Below, piece after piece: positions 7,459 through 15,454 of a stretch of DNA of 26,462 nt. Position 1 is the stretch's first letter. Each line of letters starts with the position of its first letter. The notes beneath the pieces are model-generated. The model had not been told where the DNA came from and made no database searches. It saw only the letters and a list, made by a program, of their open reading frames with translations. This DNA is from a virus (taxonomy: Duplodnaviria; Caudoviricetes): the IMG/VR virus record IMGVR_UViG_3300020043_003758, positions 1 to 26,462 of that record. One strand, given 5' to 3'. Position numbers and translations under genes: made by a program.

Positions 7459-7917
7459 ATGGCCTCAATCAAATCTCCAATCTTCACGAACCAGCAGAAC
7501 CGGGACATCTCCCTCCACGCAGATCAGTCTGTGCGGGAAATCGTGGGTGGTCTCAAAGTGGTCCGCATTCCTTACACTGTCCTCGGCACTGAGACGGGCA
7601 CCGACACCATTGAACTGTGCTACCCACAGATCGAAGGGGTCCTCATCCCTGAAATCTCCCGTGTGTCGAACTCAGGTGCAGGTGATGTGGATGTTGATCT
7701 CACCATCCGCAAAGTGAACGCTGCTGGCACTGCCACTGCGCTAACTGCTGCGGCTGCGGTGGACAACGACTCGGTTGCCTTCGCCCGTCCATCCGGCAAT
7801 GTGGTTCCCGCCATTGAAAAAGGCGATTACCTGCAAGCACTCACGGCTGTCACGGCAATGACTGCCGGGGACATCCTGGTGTTTGAACTGGTGTTCGCCG
7901 TGTTCAAAAACGACTAA
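7459..7917 (+). CDS. Probable capsid decoration/cement protein, 152 aa
   Basis: Small beta-rich Ala/Thr/Val protein immediately after the capsid gene and before the terminator, so likely co-expressed at high level. Confidence 0.6.
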   Translation: MASIKSPIFTNQQNRDISLHADQSVREIVGGLKVVRIPYTVLGTETGTDTIELCYPQIEGVLIPEISRVSNSGAGDVDVDLTIRKVNAAGTATALTAAAAVDNDSVAFARPSGNVVPAIEKGDYLQALTAVTAMTAGDILVFELVFAVFKND

Positions 7918-7923
7918 GCCCTT

Positions 7924-7939
7924 TCGGTCTAGGGTTGCT
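7924..7939 (+). ncRNA. Putative 3'-UTR antisense element complementary to scaffold translation-initiation region
   Basis: 16/16 reverse complement of 5307-5322. Partly displayed in the loop (TTCGGTCT) of hairpin AGCCCT/AGGGTT (7917-7936), 4 nt before the terminator stem. Confidence 0.6.
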
Positions 7940-7943
7940 CTGA

Positions 7944-7983
7944 GGGGGCAGAACTGCGGTTGCGGTTCTGCCCCTTTTCCTTT
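7944..7983 (+). terminator. Rho-independent terminator after capsid/decoration genes
   Basis: 14-bp stem GGGGGCAGAACTGC / GCGGTTCTGCCCCT (two G-U pairs), loop GGTT, followed by TTTCCTTT. Confidence 0.8.
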
Positions 7984-7995
7984 ACACTCATCGCC

Positions 7996-8793
7996 ATGAC
8001 TCAACTCGAACTCTGCAACCTTGCCCTCGACAAGTTGGGGGAACCCCCCATCTCTGCCCCCAACGCAGCAATGCCAGCAGCGCAGGCTTGCACTCGACTT
8101 TACCAACCAACCCTCGACACCTTGGTGCGGAAGTATCGGTGGAACTTCGCCCGCAAGTCCGTGCGTCTCAAAGCCGTGTTTGAGGAAATGGACGATCTGG
8201 TGGACAGTGGGGTTGCCGACCTCATTCAAGTGGAGGGTAACAACCATGGGCTGCAAACTGGGGATCGGGTGGTGTTGAAGGGCACAGGGGCAGATGGCAG
8301 CTACATCATCACCCGCATCGACTCGCATAACTTCACCTGCGACGACTCGAAGTTCACCTCGCTGCTCACCGTGGGCAGCTATCATGTCTCTCCACCCCAC
8401 ACATGGGAATATAAGATCGCACTGCCGGATGACTGCCTCGCCCTGCGCACGGTGGAGGGGTATGAGGTTGGTCGCCCACACCAGTTCTTTGTCCTCGAAG
8501 GGCAGAACATTTTCTGCAATCTGGAGGAGGTCGATGTCACCTACACGCAGAAGCAGACGGGTGGCACAGATGAGGCTAACTTCGACACTATATTCACGAA
8601 CCTGTTTTCGTGCATGTTGGCAGCAGAGCTTGCCATGCCGATCACGGGGGCGATGTCTCGCCGGGGGGATATGCAGGCACTCTACCAAGAGGAATTGAAC
8701 TCTGCGCTCATGTCCAATGTGTTTGAGCACCGTGACAACCTGATTGACCGAACCCAGGGTCCTACCTCCGCCATGACCCGCCAATACGCCTGA
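7996..8793 (+). CDS. Tail tubular protein A / adaptor (T7 gp11-like) with ~70-aa inserted domain
   Basis: ATG 7996 preferred because 7960 lies inside the terminator. ELCNLALDKLGEPPI, WNFARK...L, WEY..ALPDDCL, FDTIF.......LAAELA.PITG motifs. Confidence 0.85.
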   Translation: MTQLELCNLALDKLGEPPISAPNAAMPAAQACTRLYQPTLDTLVRKYRWNFARKSVRLKAVFEEMDDLVDSGVADLIQVEGNNHGLQTGDRVVLKGTGADGSYIITRIDSHNFTCDDSKFTSLLTVGSYHVSPPHTWEYKIALPDDCLALRTVEGYEVGRPHQFFVLEGQNIFCNLEEVDVTYTQKQTGGTDEANFDTIFTNLFSCMLAAELAMPITGAMSRRGDMQALYQEELNSALMSNVFEHRDNLIDRTQGPTSAMTRQYA

Positions 8794-8795
8794 TT

Positions 8796-11700
8796 ATGCC
8801 TCAGACCTCCCAGCAGAAAATCTCATTCAACTCGGGCATCATGTCCCCCAATCTGGCTGCACGGCTGGACTTGGAGAAGGCAGCAGCGGGTTGCCGCATC
8901 CTCGACAACTTCATCCCCCGAGACTCCGGCGCAGCGTTCAAGCGTGCGGGGTTTGAGTATCTGGGACGCACCAAGAACTCCGAGCCTGCGTGCCTGCGTC
9001 CGTTCAACTACTCGGTCAACACTCGGTTCCAGCTTGAGCTTGGAGCGGGTGAGGTGCGGTTCTGGGAGGATCGTGCGCGGGTGCATCTGCCCGTGGGGGC
9101 GAACTCCAACTGGAGTGGCACCACCACGCAGTATGAGATTGGGGAACCTGTGTATCAGTCCAACGTGCTCTACCGAGCAGCGAGCACGCACACCCCGAGT
9201 GGGGGCAACCAACCTCCTTCTGTTTCCTGGACAACCACCAATTTGCGCAGGTGGGTGACTGCTACCAGTTATGTGGTGGGGGACATGGTGTTGGTGGGTC
9301 TAGTCCACTACGTATGTGTGACAGCCCACACTTCAGGGGCGTCCTTTGTAGCTACAAATTGGGCGCAAGTAAGTGTGTTTGTCGGTTGGTCTGTCAGCGG
9401 AGTGTCTTATGCGTTGGGCGATAAAGTAAGCCATACCGTATCAGGCAACCGTAGGTTTTTTCGGTGCATCTCAGCACACACATCAAGCTCAGGCACGGAA
9501 CCTGGGGTTGGGGTAAATTGGACAACTCGTTGGGAGAATATCAGCACTCCACCGAATCATGCCACCGCATCAAAGGTGTATGTTGCTGGGGATGCGGTGA
9601 AGGTCGGCAGCACGGTTTATATCTGCAACGCTAATCACACCAGTAGCACCAGCAACGAACCAACAGACGGGGGGTCACCGTGGTCGGCTATTACCGGGAT
9701 TATTGCTTGGTCTGGGACAAGCACGTCACGGGCAGTGGGGGACTGGGTGTTCTACGGGAATAACATTTACAGATTCAATGTCAGTGTCACCACTGGACTT
9801 TACATTTCAGTAGCCCAATTCAACAACTCGGATGTGGTGTTTGCATTGGTGTCCAACCCACAGAACTGGACATCCTCACCCACCTACTCAGTCAACAACA
9901 TCGTCTCCAGTGGCACCCCGGCAGCACTCTATGTCTGCATCGCAGATCACGTCACAGCAGCAACCACTGAGCCAGGGACAGAAGGTGGATCATTTTATTG
10001 GCAGAAACTCAGCAATGTGTTTCTATGGGTGACTGCCACCAACTACACCGCTGGTGAGTATGTGGTCAACGCAGGCATCTCCTACCTCGTCCTCACCGAC
10101 CACACCAGCGGTGTGTTCGCCACCGATCTGGCAGCGAACCGATCGGTTGCAGCAGCCTACCCCCTCGAACTAGCACTGCCCTACACCATCGACGAGGCGT
10201 TCGAGGTGAACCCCGTGGCGATCAACGACCAAGTGTGGCTGCTGCACCCGAACCATGAGACACTGCTCCTCGAACGGTTCGCGGACACCGCATGGAAGGT
10301 GGGTCCGGTGAACTGGGATTGGCCCCCCATGCGCGATGAGAACTTTGCCAACGATCACACCATGACGGCATCGGGCACCACGGGCAACATCACCCTCACC
10401 AGTTCCAAGAAATTCTTCGACTCCCGCATGGTTGGTGCTTACATGCAGATCGCCCATCGCCGGGATCAGAGCACCGAGAAACTGTCCTTCGCTGCCTCCG
10501 GCACAGGCGATGCCCTGCGTGTGAATGGTCGGTTGGATGTCTTCATCTACGGCACTGCCTGGAAAGGCACAGTCCACCTGGAGTTCTCCGACGACGGCAC
10601 AACCAATTGGATGACGGAGCGATCTTGGGTGCAGCCAGTCGCCAACATGCGCACCATCTCTACCAACGTCACCACCCCCAAAGAGGTGTTCGCCCGCCTG
10701 CGGTTCGTGCGTGATGGTGCGGGCACTGCCAATGACTTTGGTGTGATCGAAGCTGCCAACTCCCGAGTCACAGGATTGGTGCAGATCACGGCTTATCAGT
10801 CCCCCACCTTGGTCAACGCCAAGGTCATCAAGGGAGTGTGGAGCACTGCTGCCACTACCTTATGGTCCGAGGGAGCATACTCGAACTACCGGGGTTGGCC
10901 AAGGGCAGCAACGGTGCATGAGCAACGTCTCATCCTCATCGGCACCGAGGACGAGTCGGAAAAGGTGCGGGCATCCCGGTTCGACGGGTTCTTCGACTTC
11001 ACCGAATTGACCTCAGATGATGGGGCACTTGCGTTTGTAGCGGCTAGCCGGGAGAGCAATGCGCTCATGTGGGTTGAGTCCTTTGGGAAAATCCTCGCAG
11101 CCGGATCGCTGGCTGAGGAGTGGTCGATCGGCAGCGGCAGTGAGGGCAAGATTCTCACCCCCACCAACCCACCACGCATTGAGCGTGAGACCCGAGTAGG
11201 CAGTTGCGACATGCCTGCACTCCTCCTCGGGGACGCACTCGTCTTTATCGCCAATGATCGGCAGCAGGTGATGGAGTTCAGCTACTCATTCTCCGACGAC
11301 AAGTACGTGAAGCAGAAGATGACCCAGCTTGCGGAGCACATGTTCAACTCGGGCATCAAGCAGGTCGCCGCATCTCGGCAACCGGACACCGTGCTCTACT
11401 GCGTGATGAACGATGGTCGTCTCATGTCCTTCACTTATGATCGTGGGCAGGGTGTGGTCGCATGGGCACAGCACACCACGGATGGTCTGTTCGAGTCAGT
11501 CTCGGTCATCTACGGTGGCGAACTCAACGCCGATGAGGTGTGGGTGGTGGTGAAGCGCACAGTCAATGGGCAGGATGTGCGCTACGTGGAGGCACTGCAC
11601 AAGGACACTGCCCGCTACCGCTTCGAGGGCACGATCAATGAACTCTGCTACTGCGACTCCGCGGTGCTCATCACCAACTCCCCGGCATCGACAGCAGTGG

Positions 11701-12161
11701 CAGGTCTCGACCATCTGGAGGGCAAGGCAGTGGTGGTGCTCGCAGACGGCATCGTGCGCACTGCCACAGTCTCCGCAGGTGCGATCACCCTCCCGGTGGC
11801 AGCGTCCACGGTGCGGGTGGGACTGCCCTTCACTGCCAAGCTCCAGGGCAACTGGCTGGACTTGCAACTCCAGGACGGCAGTTCGCAGGACAAAAAGCAG
11901 CGGGTGAGCAAGATCACCGTCATTTCCCAACAGTCCAACGGCATGGAGTATCATGCGGACCCCGACGAGGGCACAGGGCAGTGGTATTCGGAGGGGTTGG
12001 GCAACATCTCCGCAATCGCTCAACGGGTTACACGCCCAACCAAGTTCGAGGTGACGAACGTCGCCCGTCACTGGTGGGAGACCAACCTCACTTTGCGCTC
12101 TTCTCTGCCCTTGCCAGTCAACGTCCTCGCCATTATCTACAAGAATGAGTACTTTGGTTGA
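8796..12161 (+). CDS. Tail tubular protein B / nozzle (T7 gp12-like) with tandem carbohydrate-binding-like repeats, 1121 aa
   Basis: SFNSG.MSP.L.AR.DL, NFIP...GAA.KR.G, GWPRA...HEQRL, VVAWAQHTTDG.FESV, GLDHLEGK.V, VGLPF motifs of podoviral nozzles. Confidence 0.88.
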   Translation: MPQTSQQKISFNSGIMSPNLAARLDLEKAAAGCRILDNFIPRDSGAAFKRAGFEYLGRTKNSEPACLRPFNYSVNTRFQLELGAGEVRFWEDRARVHLPVGANSNWSGTTTQYEIGEPVYQSNVLYRAASTHTPSGGNQPPSVSWTTTNLRRWVTATSYVVGDMVLVGLVHYVCVTAHTSGASFVATNWAQVSVFVGWSVSGVSYALGDKVSHTVSGNRRFFRCISAHTSSSGTEPGVGVNWTTRWENISTPPNHATASKVYVAGDAVKVGSTVYICNANHTSSTSNEPTDGGSPWSAITGIIAWSGTSTSRAVGDWVFYGNNIYRFNVSVTTGLYISVAQFNNSDVVFALVSNPQNWTSSPTYSVNNIVSSGTPAALYVCIADHVTAATTEPGTEGGSFYWQKLSNVFLWVTATNYTAGEYVVNAGISYLVLTDHTSGVFATDLAANRSVAAAYPLELALPYTIDEAFEVNPVAINDQVWLLHPNHETLLLERFADTAWKVGPVNWDWPPMRDENFANDHTMTASGTTGNITLTSSKKFFDSRMVGAYMQIAHRRDQSTEKLSFAASGTGDALRVNGRLDVFIYGTAWKGTVHLEFSDDGTTNWMTERSWVQPVANMRTISTNVTTPKEVFARLRFVRDGAGTANDFGVIEAANSRVTGLVQITAYQSPTLVNAKVIKGVWSTAATTLWSEGAYSNYRGWPRAATVHEQRLILIGTEDESEKVRASRFDGFFDFTELTSDDGALAFVAASRESNALMWVESFGKILAAGSLAEEWSIGSGSEGKILTPTNPPRIERETRVGSCDMPALLLGDALVFIANDRQQVMEFSYSFSDDKYVKQKMTQLAEHMFNSGIKQVAASRQPDTVLYCVMNDGRLMSFTYDRGQGVVAWAQHTTDGLFESVSVIYGGELNADEVWVVVKRTVNGQDVRYVEALHKDTARYRFEGTINELCYCDSAVLITNSPASTAVAGLDHLEGKAVVVLADGIVRTATVSAGAITLPVAASTVRVGLPFTAKLQGNWLDLQLQDGSSQDKKQRVSKITVISQQSNGMEYHADPDEGTGQWYSEGLGNISAIAQRVTRPTKFEVTNVARHWWETNLTLRSSLPLPVNVLAIIYKNEYFG
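9111..10150 (+). repeat. Seven tandem CBM5/12 (ChtBD3)-like protein repeats within nozzle gene
   Basis: Repeated W....Y..GD.V......Y.C...HTS.....P......W pattern, e.g. WVTATSYVVGDMV..HYVCVTAHTSG, YALGDKV..FRCISAHTSS, YVAGDAV..YICNANHTSS. Confidence 0.75.
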
Positions 12162-12633
12162 GCGGGAGAATGATCGGGACTTGGTGCTGAAGGGCTTGCA
12201 GGCTCTTGGCATCTCCGAGGAGCATGTGCGTGAGCACGGCATCATCAATGCTGCGGAGTTCGCCCTTGCCCAGATGGACCAACTTGAGAACTACGAGGTG
12301 GAGCACTATGCCCTCCCCGGCTTCTTGGTGCGCCAAGCCCTGTTGCGGGCACCCAGCATCATCACCACTGAGCGGCACAAGCACTGGCACCCATTCGTCA
12401 TTTCCTACGGCAACGTGAGCGTGTTCAACGAACTCGACGGCACCGTGAAGCACATCCAGGCTATCGACGCACCGGGGGGTCACTTCACCTCCATCACCGA
12501 GCCGGGGACACGCCGTTTAATTTTCGTGCGTGAGGACACGTTATGGACTACCTTCCATCGGTGTGACCACGCAGACCCAAACGAGATGGTGCGTGAGAAC
12601 ATCATCCCCAACGACAACCCTCTTCTCCAATGA
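12145..12633 (+). CDS. Cupin-like hypothetical protein at the T7 gp13 position, 162 aa
   Basis: HYALPG..VR, RHKHWHPFVISYGNVSV, EPGTRR...EDTLWTTFH: His-rich double-stranded beta-helix-like pattern. Confidence 0.55.
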   Translation: MSTLVERENDRDLVLKGLQALGISEEHVREHGIINAAEFALAQMDQLENYEVEHYALPGFLVRQALLRAPSIITTERHKHWHPFVISYGNVSVFNELDGTVKHIQAIDAPGGHFTSITEPGTRRLIFVREDTLWTTFHRCDHADPNEMVRENIIPNDNPLLQ

Positions 12634-13463
12634 TTGAACATCTCCTCCATCTGCCTTTGGGCACCATGTTCTTCACATACACGTTCATGGCAGCAACCGT
12701 GGTGTCTGGTGTGGTGGGCGCAGTCGCCACGTATCGCCAGGGCAAAGAGGCACAGCGGGTGTCTGAACTGAATGCAGACCTCGCCAACCAAGAGGCACGG
12801 CAGCAGCTAGCCATTGGTCGGATGCAGGAGCAAATCTCCATGCAGCAGGCAGCAGCAGAGCGGTCTGCGATGATGGCTGAAGCAGCAGCGGCAAATGCCA
12901 ATGCGTCTGCCATCGACCAAGAGACACTGGCAAATGAGGCACGCAGCCGGGAGGAGCAGCGCAGGGCACGGGAGGAGGCACGGCAGCGATTGGCTGAGAC
13001 CGGGGGCATCTTCGCCGGAGCAGGCGTGGTGGGCACAACCGGGACACCCCTCGCAGTGCTGGCTGAGTCTGCCATGCTGGAGGAGGCGAACGTCATCGAC
13101 CAGCAGTATCTCACCAACGTGGAGAGCACCAAGTCCCGATGGGAAGCTGGGGTTGAGCGGGCAAACGCAGGACGGATCGCTGGAGCAGCGAACATGCAGT
13201 ATGCAATTTCCAAGAATGCGGCAAAGGTTTCTGGTGTGGCAGCGCAGATCGGTGCCCGTAACCGGATGACCCAAGCGGACATTGAACGGAGCGCAGGACG
13301 GGCAGCACGCAGGCAAGCCAATCTTGCAGCAGTGGGGCAGGTCATCGGTTCTGTTGGTACCGCAGCAGGGTCTTACTCCATGGGTGCCTCCCGTGCATCC
13401 ACCTCGGGCAGCTATCGCCCAAAAACTAGAAACCCAAGTGCCCCAAAAGACTACTTTTATTGA
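12630..13463 (+). CDS. Internal virion/ejection protein (T7 gp14-like), 277 aa
   Basis: Hydrophobic Gly/Ala N-terminus, Ala/Gln coiled coil, FAGAGVVGTTGTPL.VL motif, position after the nozzle, ATGA overlap. Confidence 0.7.
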   Translation: MIEHLLHLPLGTMFFTYTFMAATVVSGVVGAVATYRQGKEAQRVSELNADLANQEARQQLAIGRMQEQISMQQAAAERSAMMAEAAAANANASAIDQETLANEARSREEQRRAREEARQRLAETGGIFAGAGVVGTTGTPLAVLAESAMLEEANVIDQQYLTNVESTKSRWEAGVERANAGRIAGAANMQYAISKNAAKVSGVAAQIGARNRMTQADIERSAGRAARRQANLAAVGQVIGSVGTAAGSYSMGASRASTSGSYRPKTRNPSAPKDYFY

Positions 13464-13482
13464 ACCCCTGCCTAATTACCCA
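13463..13482 (+). repeat. 20-bp direct repeat, copy 1 (AACCCCTGCCTAATTACCCA)
   Basis: Identical to 13640-13659. Each copy lies 2 nt before an ATG. Confidence 0.95.
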
Positions 13483-13484
13483 TC

Positions 13485-13652
13485 ATGGATACCCCTTACC
13501 CTACTGAAATAGTTGTGAAGTGCGAAGAGTTCGACCTCAAAGTGCGGCTCATGCAGTTACCAGATACCGAAGACTGGGACAAAGTATGGGCAGAACTTGG
13601 GGCAGCACTGAAAGATGCGTATTCCCGCAGACCTCAACAAACCCCTGCCTAA
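13485..13652 (+). CDS. Small hypothetical protein, 55 aa (MDTPYPTEIVVKCEEFDLKVRLMQLPDTEDWDKVWAELGAALKDAYSRRPQQTPA); not in ORF track
   Basis: Fills the gap exactly, has the same start context as the next gene, and its TAA lies within repeat copy 2. Confidence 0.7.
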   Translation: MDTPYPTEIVVKCEEFDLKVRLMQLPDTEDWDKVWAELGAALKDAYSRRPQQTPA

Positions 13653-13659
13653 TTACCCA
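13640..13659 (+). repeat. 20-bp direct repeat, copy 2
   Basis: Identical to 13463-13482, 177 bp downstream. Confidence 0.95.
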
Positions 13660-13661
13660 GT

Positions 13662-15452
13662 ATGATCCGAATCCCACGCAGGAACCCAGAAATAAATGCA
13701 GACTTCTCCCCCCGTCGCAGACTGACAGGTGGGGGCATCCGTTTGAATTTCTCTGACGCAGACAGGGCACTCTCCGATTTGAATCGGGCAGTTGGGCAGG
13801 GACCACGCTACGTGCAGGAGGATGTGTCCAGCGGAGTGCAGGCGATTGCCAAGGGAGCGCAACAGGCAACTAAAGCGTTGCAGGAGTTGCAGGTTCGCAA
13901 TCAGGATATCACGGATAAGCGCAAACTCTATGATGGTGAGACCAAACTGGCTAGATTGCAGCAGGATTTGCAAGGCAAGCTCACCCAGGAGAAGGACCCA
14001 AACAAGTGGGAGTCGTTGGCAGCAGAGCACATGGCAGCAGCGGAGTTCGACACCGAGGGCATGAGTCCTTCGGCAGTGGAGGCGTTGCAGCAGTATGCAG
14101 AGCGCACCAAGGCACTCACCGTGGCACGGGCGAGGAATGGGGGGTTTGTGGAGAACGAGCGCAAATATTTGGAATCCGCAACTGCTCGTCTCCAGATCGC
14201 AGAAGATGCCCGTGATATTGCTGGAGTGGTTCGTATCGCCAATGAAGTTGGGGACTCGTTGGGACAACCACCTGAAGTTGTAGCAGCAAACATCATCCCC
14301 CGTTCACGTAATATTCAAGCTGCGGAAATTCAGGATTTGCAAACCCGAGTAAAAAACAGGGTTGATGTGGGGGATTACGCAGGGGCGTTGGAAGACATTG
14401 AGACTAACCACGCAATTAGTGACTCTCTCCTTGTGGCAGATAAAGAACGCATGGTGCTGGGGGTCAAAGCAGCGAAGGAGGATGCAGAGTTTAACAGTGC
14501 CATCTCAACCAACCCCAAAGCAGAGCTTGAAGAGTTGCGCAAAGGCAAAGATGGAAAGTATGGGGATAAACCTGCATGGCAGTTGCAGGATATGACCTTC
14601 AAGGCTGCGCAGATGATGGAGAACAAGTCTGCCGTCACATCCAAACGTGCAGTTAATCAGATGGTTGAGAAAACACTTACCAAGCCAGAGCAGTTAGACC
14701 AACCTGAGTTTGCAGACCTTACCCCAGCGGACAAAGACACCCTGAAAGAAACTTTGGTGAAAGGTGCGCCCAATAATGACCAAGAGTGGATGGGTGTAGC
14801 TGCGGAAATCAATAATTACACCCCCTCAGACAACCCAGACCAAGATGCGTTGCGTCTCGCCAAGTTAGAAAATTTTGTGGAGGTGAGATTCAAAGGTGCT
14901 TTCAAGGATCAACTTGTCCGCATGATTGCAGAACGCAGAGCAGGGGAAACGGAGAGCGATGCGATGGCAAAGCAGAAGCTCACCAATTACTTCAAAGAAG
15001 GATTCCTCGGGAATTACAAAGTGCCGTACGTGGCACCCAAGAATAACTGGTTCAGCCCAGATACCCCCGGCACTCCACTGTCTCCGGCAGACATGGCACT
15101 TACCTCAACCGATGTCCCCGAGGGGCAACGCATTACCAAAGGAAAGCCTGTCATCGACATTCAACGCGAAGCGATTGCACGGCAGAAGTTGTCGGCAGGG
15201 TTGAATGCATTGGCGTTGATGAAGAAGCAGGGCAAGACGCAGAAGGAGATGGACGATTGGGTGGATCAATACGCACAACAGTATTCGATTGCACCTGCGC
15301 TCAAAGAGGTGGAAACAACCAGCCCAAACCCCCGTCTCCCCGATGACATGCCCAAGGTGCTCAAGCGTGCCAGCGAGTTTGCAGAAGGTCTGCAACTACC
15401 AGATGGACTGAGTGAGACACCCGCCAACGCAGACCTTTTCCCCACCCGCTAA
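13662..15452 (+). CDS. Internal virion/ejection protein (T7 gp15-like position), 596 aa
   Basis: M.RIP N-terminus, helical charged composition, located between the gp14-like and giant genes. Confidence 0.6.
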   Translation: MIRIPRRNPEINADFSPRRRLTGGGIRLNFSDADRALSDLNRAVGQGPRYVQEDVSSGVQAIAKGAQQATKALQELQVRNQDITDKRKLYDGETKLARLQQDLQGKLTQEKDPNKWESLAAEHMAAAEFDTEGMSPSAVEALQQYAERTKALTVARARNGGFVENERKYLESATARLQIAEDARDIAGVVRIANEVGDSLGQPPEVVAANIIPRSRNIQAAEIQDLQTRVKNRVDVGDYAGALEDIETNHAISDSLLVADKERMVLGVKAAKEDAEFNSAISTNPKAELEELRKGKDGKYGDKPAWQLQDMTFKAAQMMENKSAVTSKRAVNQMVEKTLTKPEQLDQPEFADLTPADKDTLKETLVKGAPNNDQEWMGVAAEINNYTPSDNPDQDALRLAKLENFVEVRFKGAFKDQLVRMIAERRAGETESDAMAKQKLTNYFKEGFLGNYKVPYVAPKNNWFSPDTPGTPLSPADMALTSTDVPEGQRITKGKPVIDIQREAIARQKLSAGLNALALMKKQGKTQKEMDDWVDQYAQQYSIAPALKEVETTSPNPRLPDDMPKVLKRASEFAEGLQLPDGLSETPANADLFPTR

Positions 15453-15454
15453 TC

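Noticed and set aside
7385-7460. CCC-TAA at the capsid stop followed by a hairpin, resembling +1 frameshift sites that extend capsid/tail proteins
   Set aside because: All three frames stop before the next gene: +1 gives CCT AAC CCC TAA, -1 stops at TAA 7414, and read-through stops at TAA 7436. No fusion product is possible.
7401-7951. Pairing of CTGCCCC (7401-7407) with the terminator 5' arm GGGGCAG as an antiterminator
   Set aside because: Only 7 bp, and both segments have stronger local partners.
7960-7995. ORF-track upstream starts (also 2214, 4914, 13520, 25689)
   Set aside because: They overlap terminators or neighbouring genes. Downstream starts at 7996, 2289, 5004 and 25887 (and the alternative-frame ORF at 13485) fit motif boundaries and stop/start coupling better.
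13463-13659. 20-bp direct repeats as CRISPR array or attL/attR
   Set aside because: Only two copies with a 157-bp coding spacer, non-palindromic, and no cas or integrase gene in the window.
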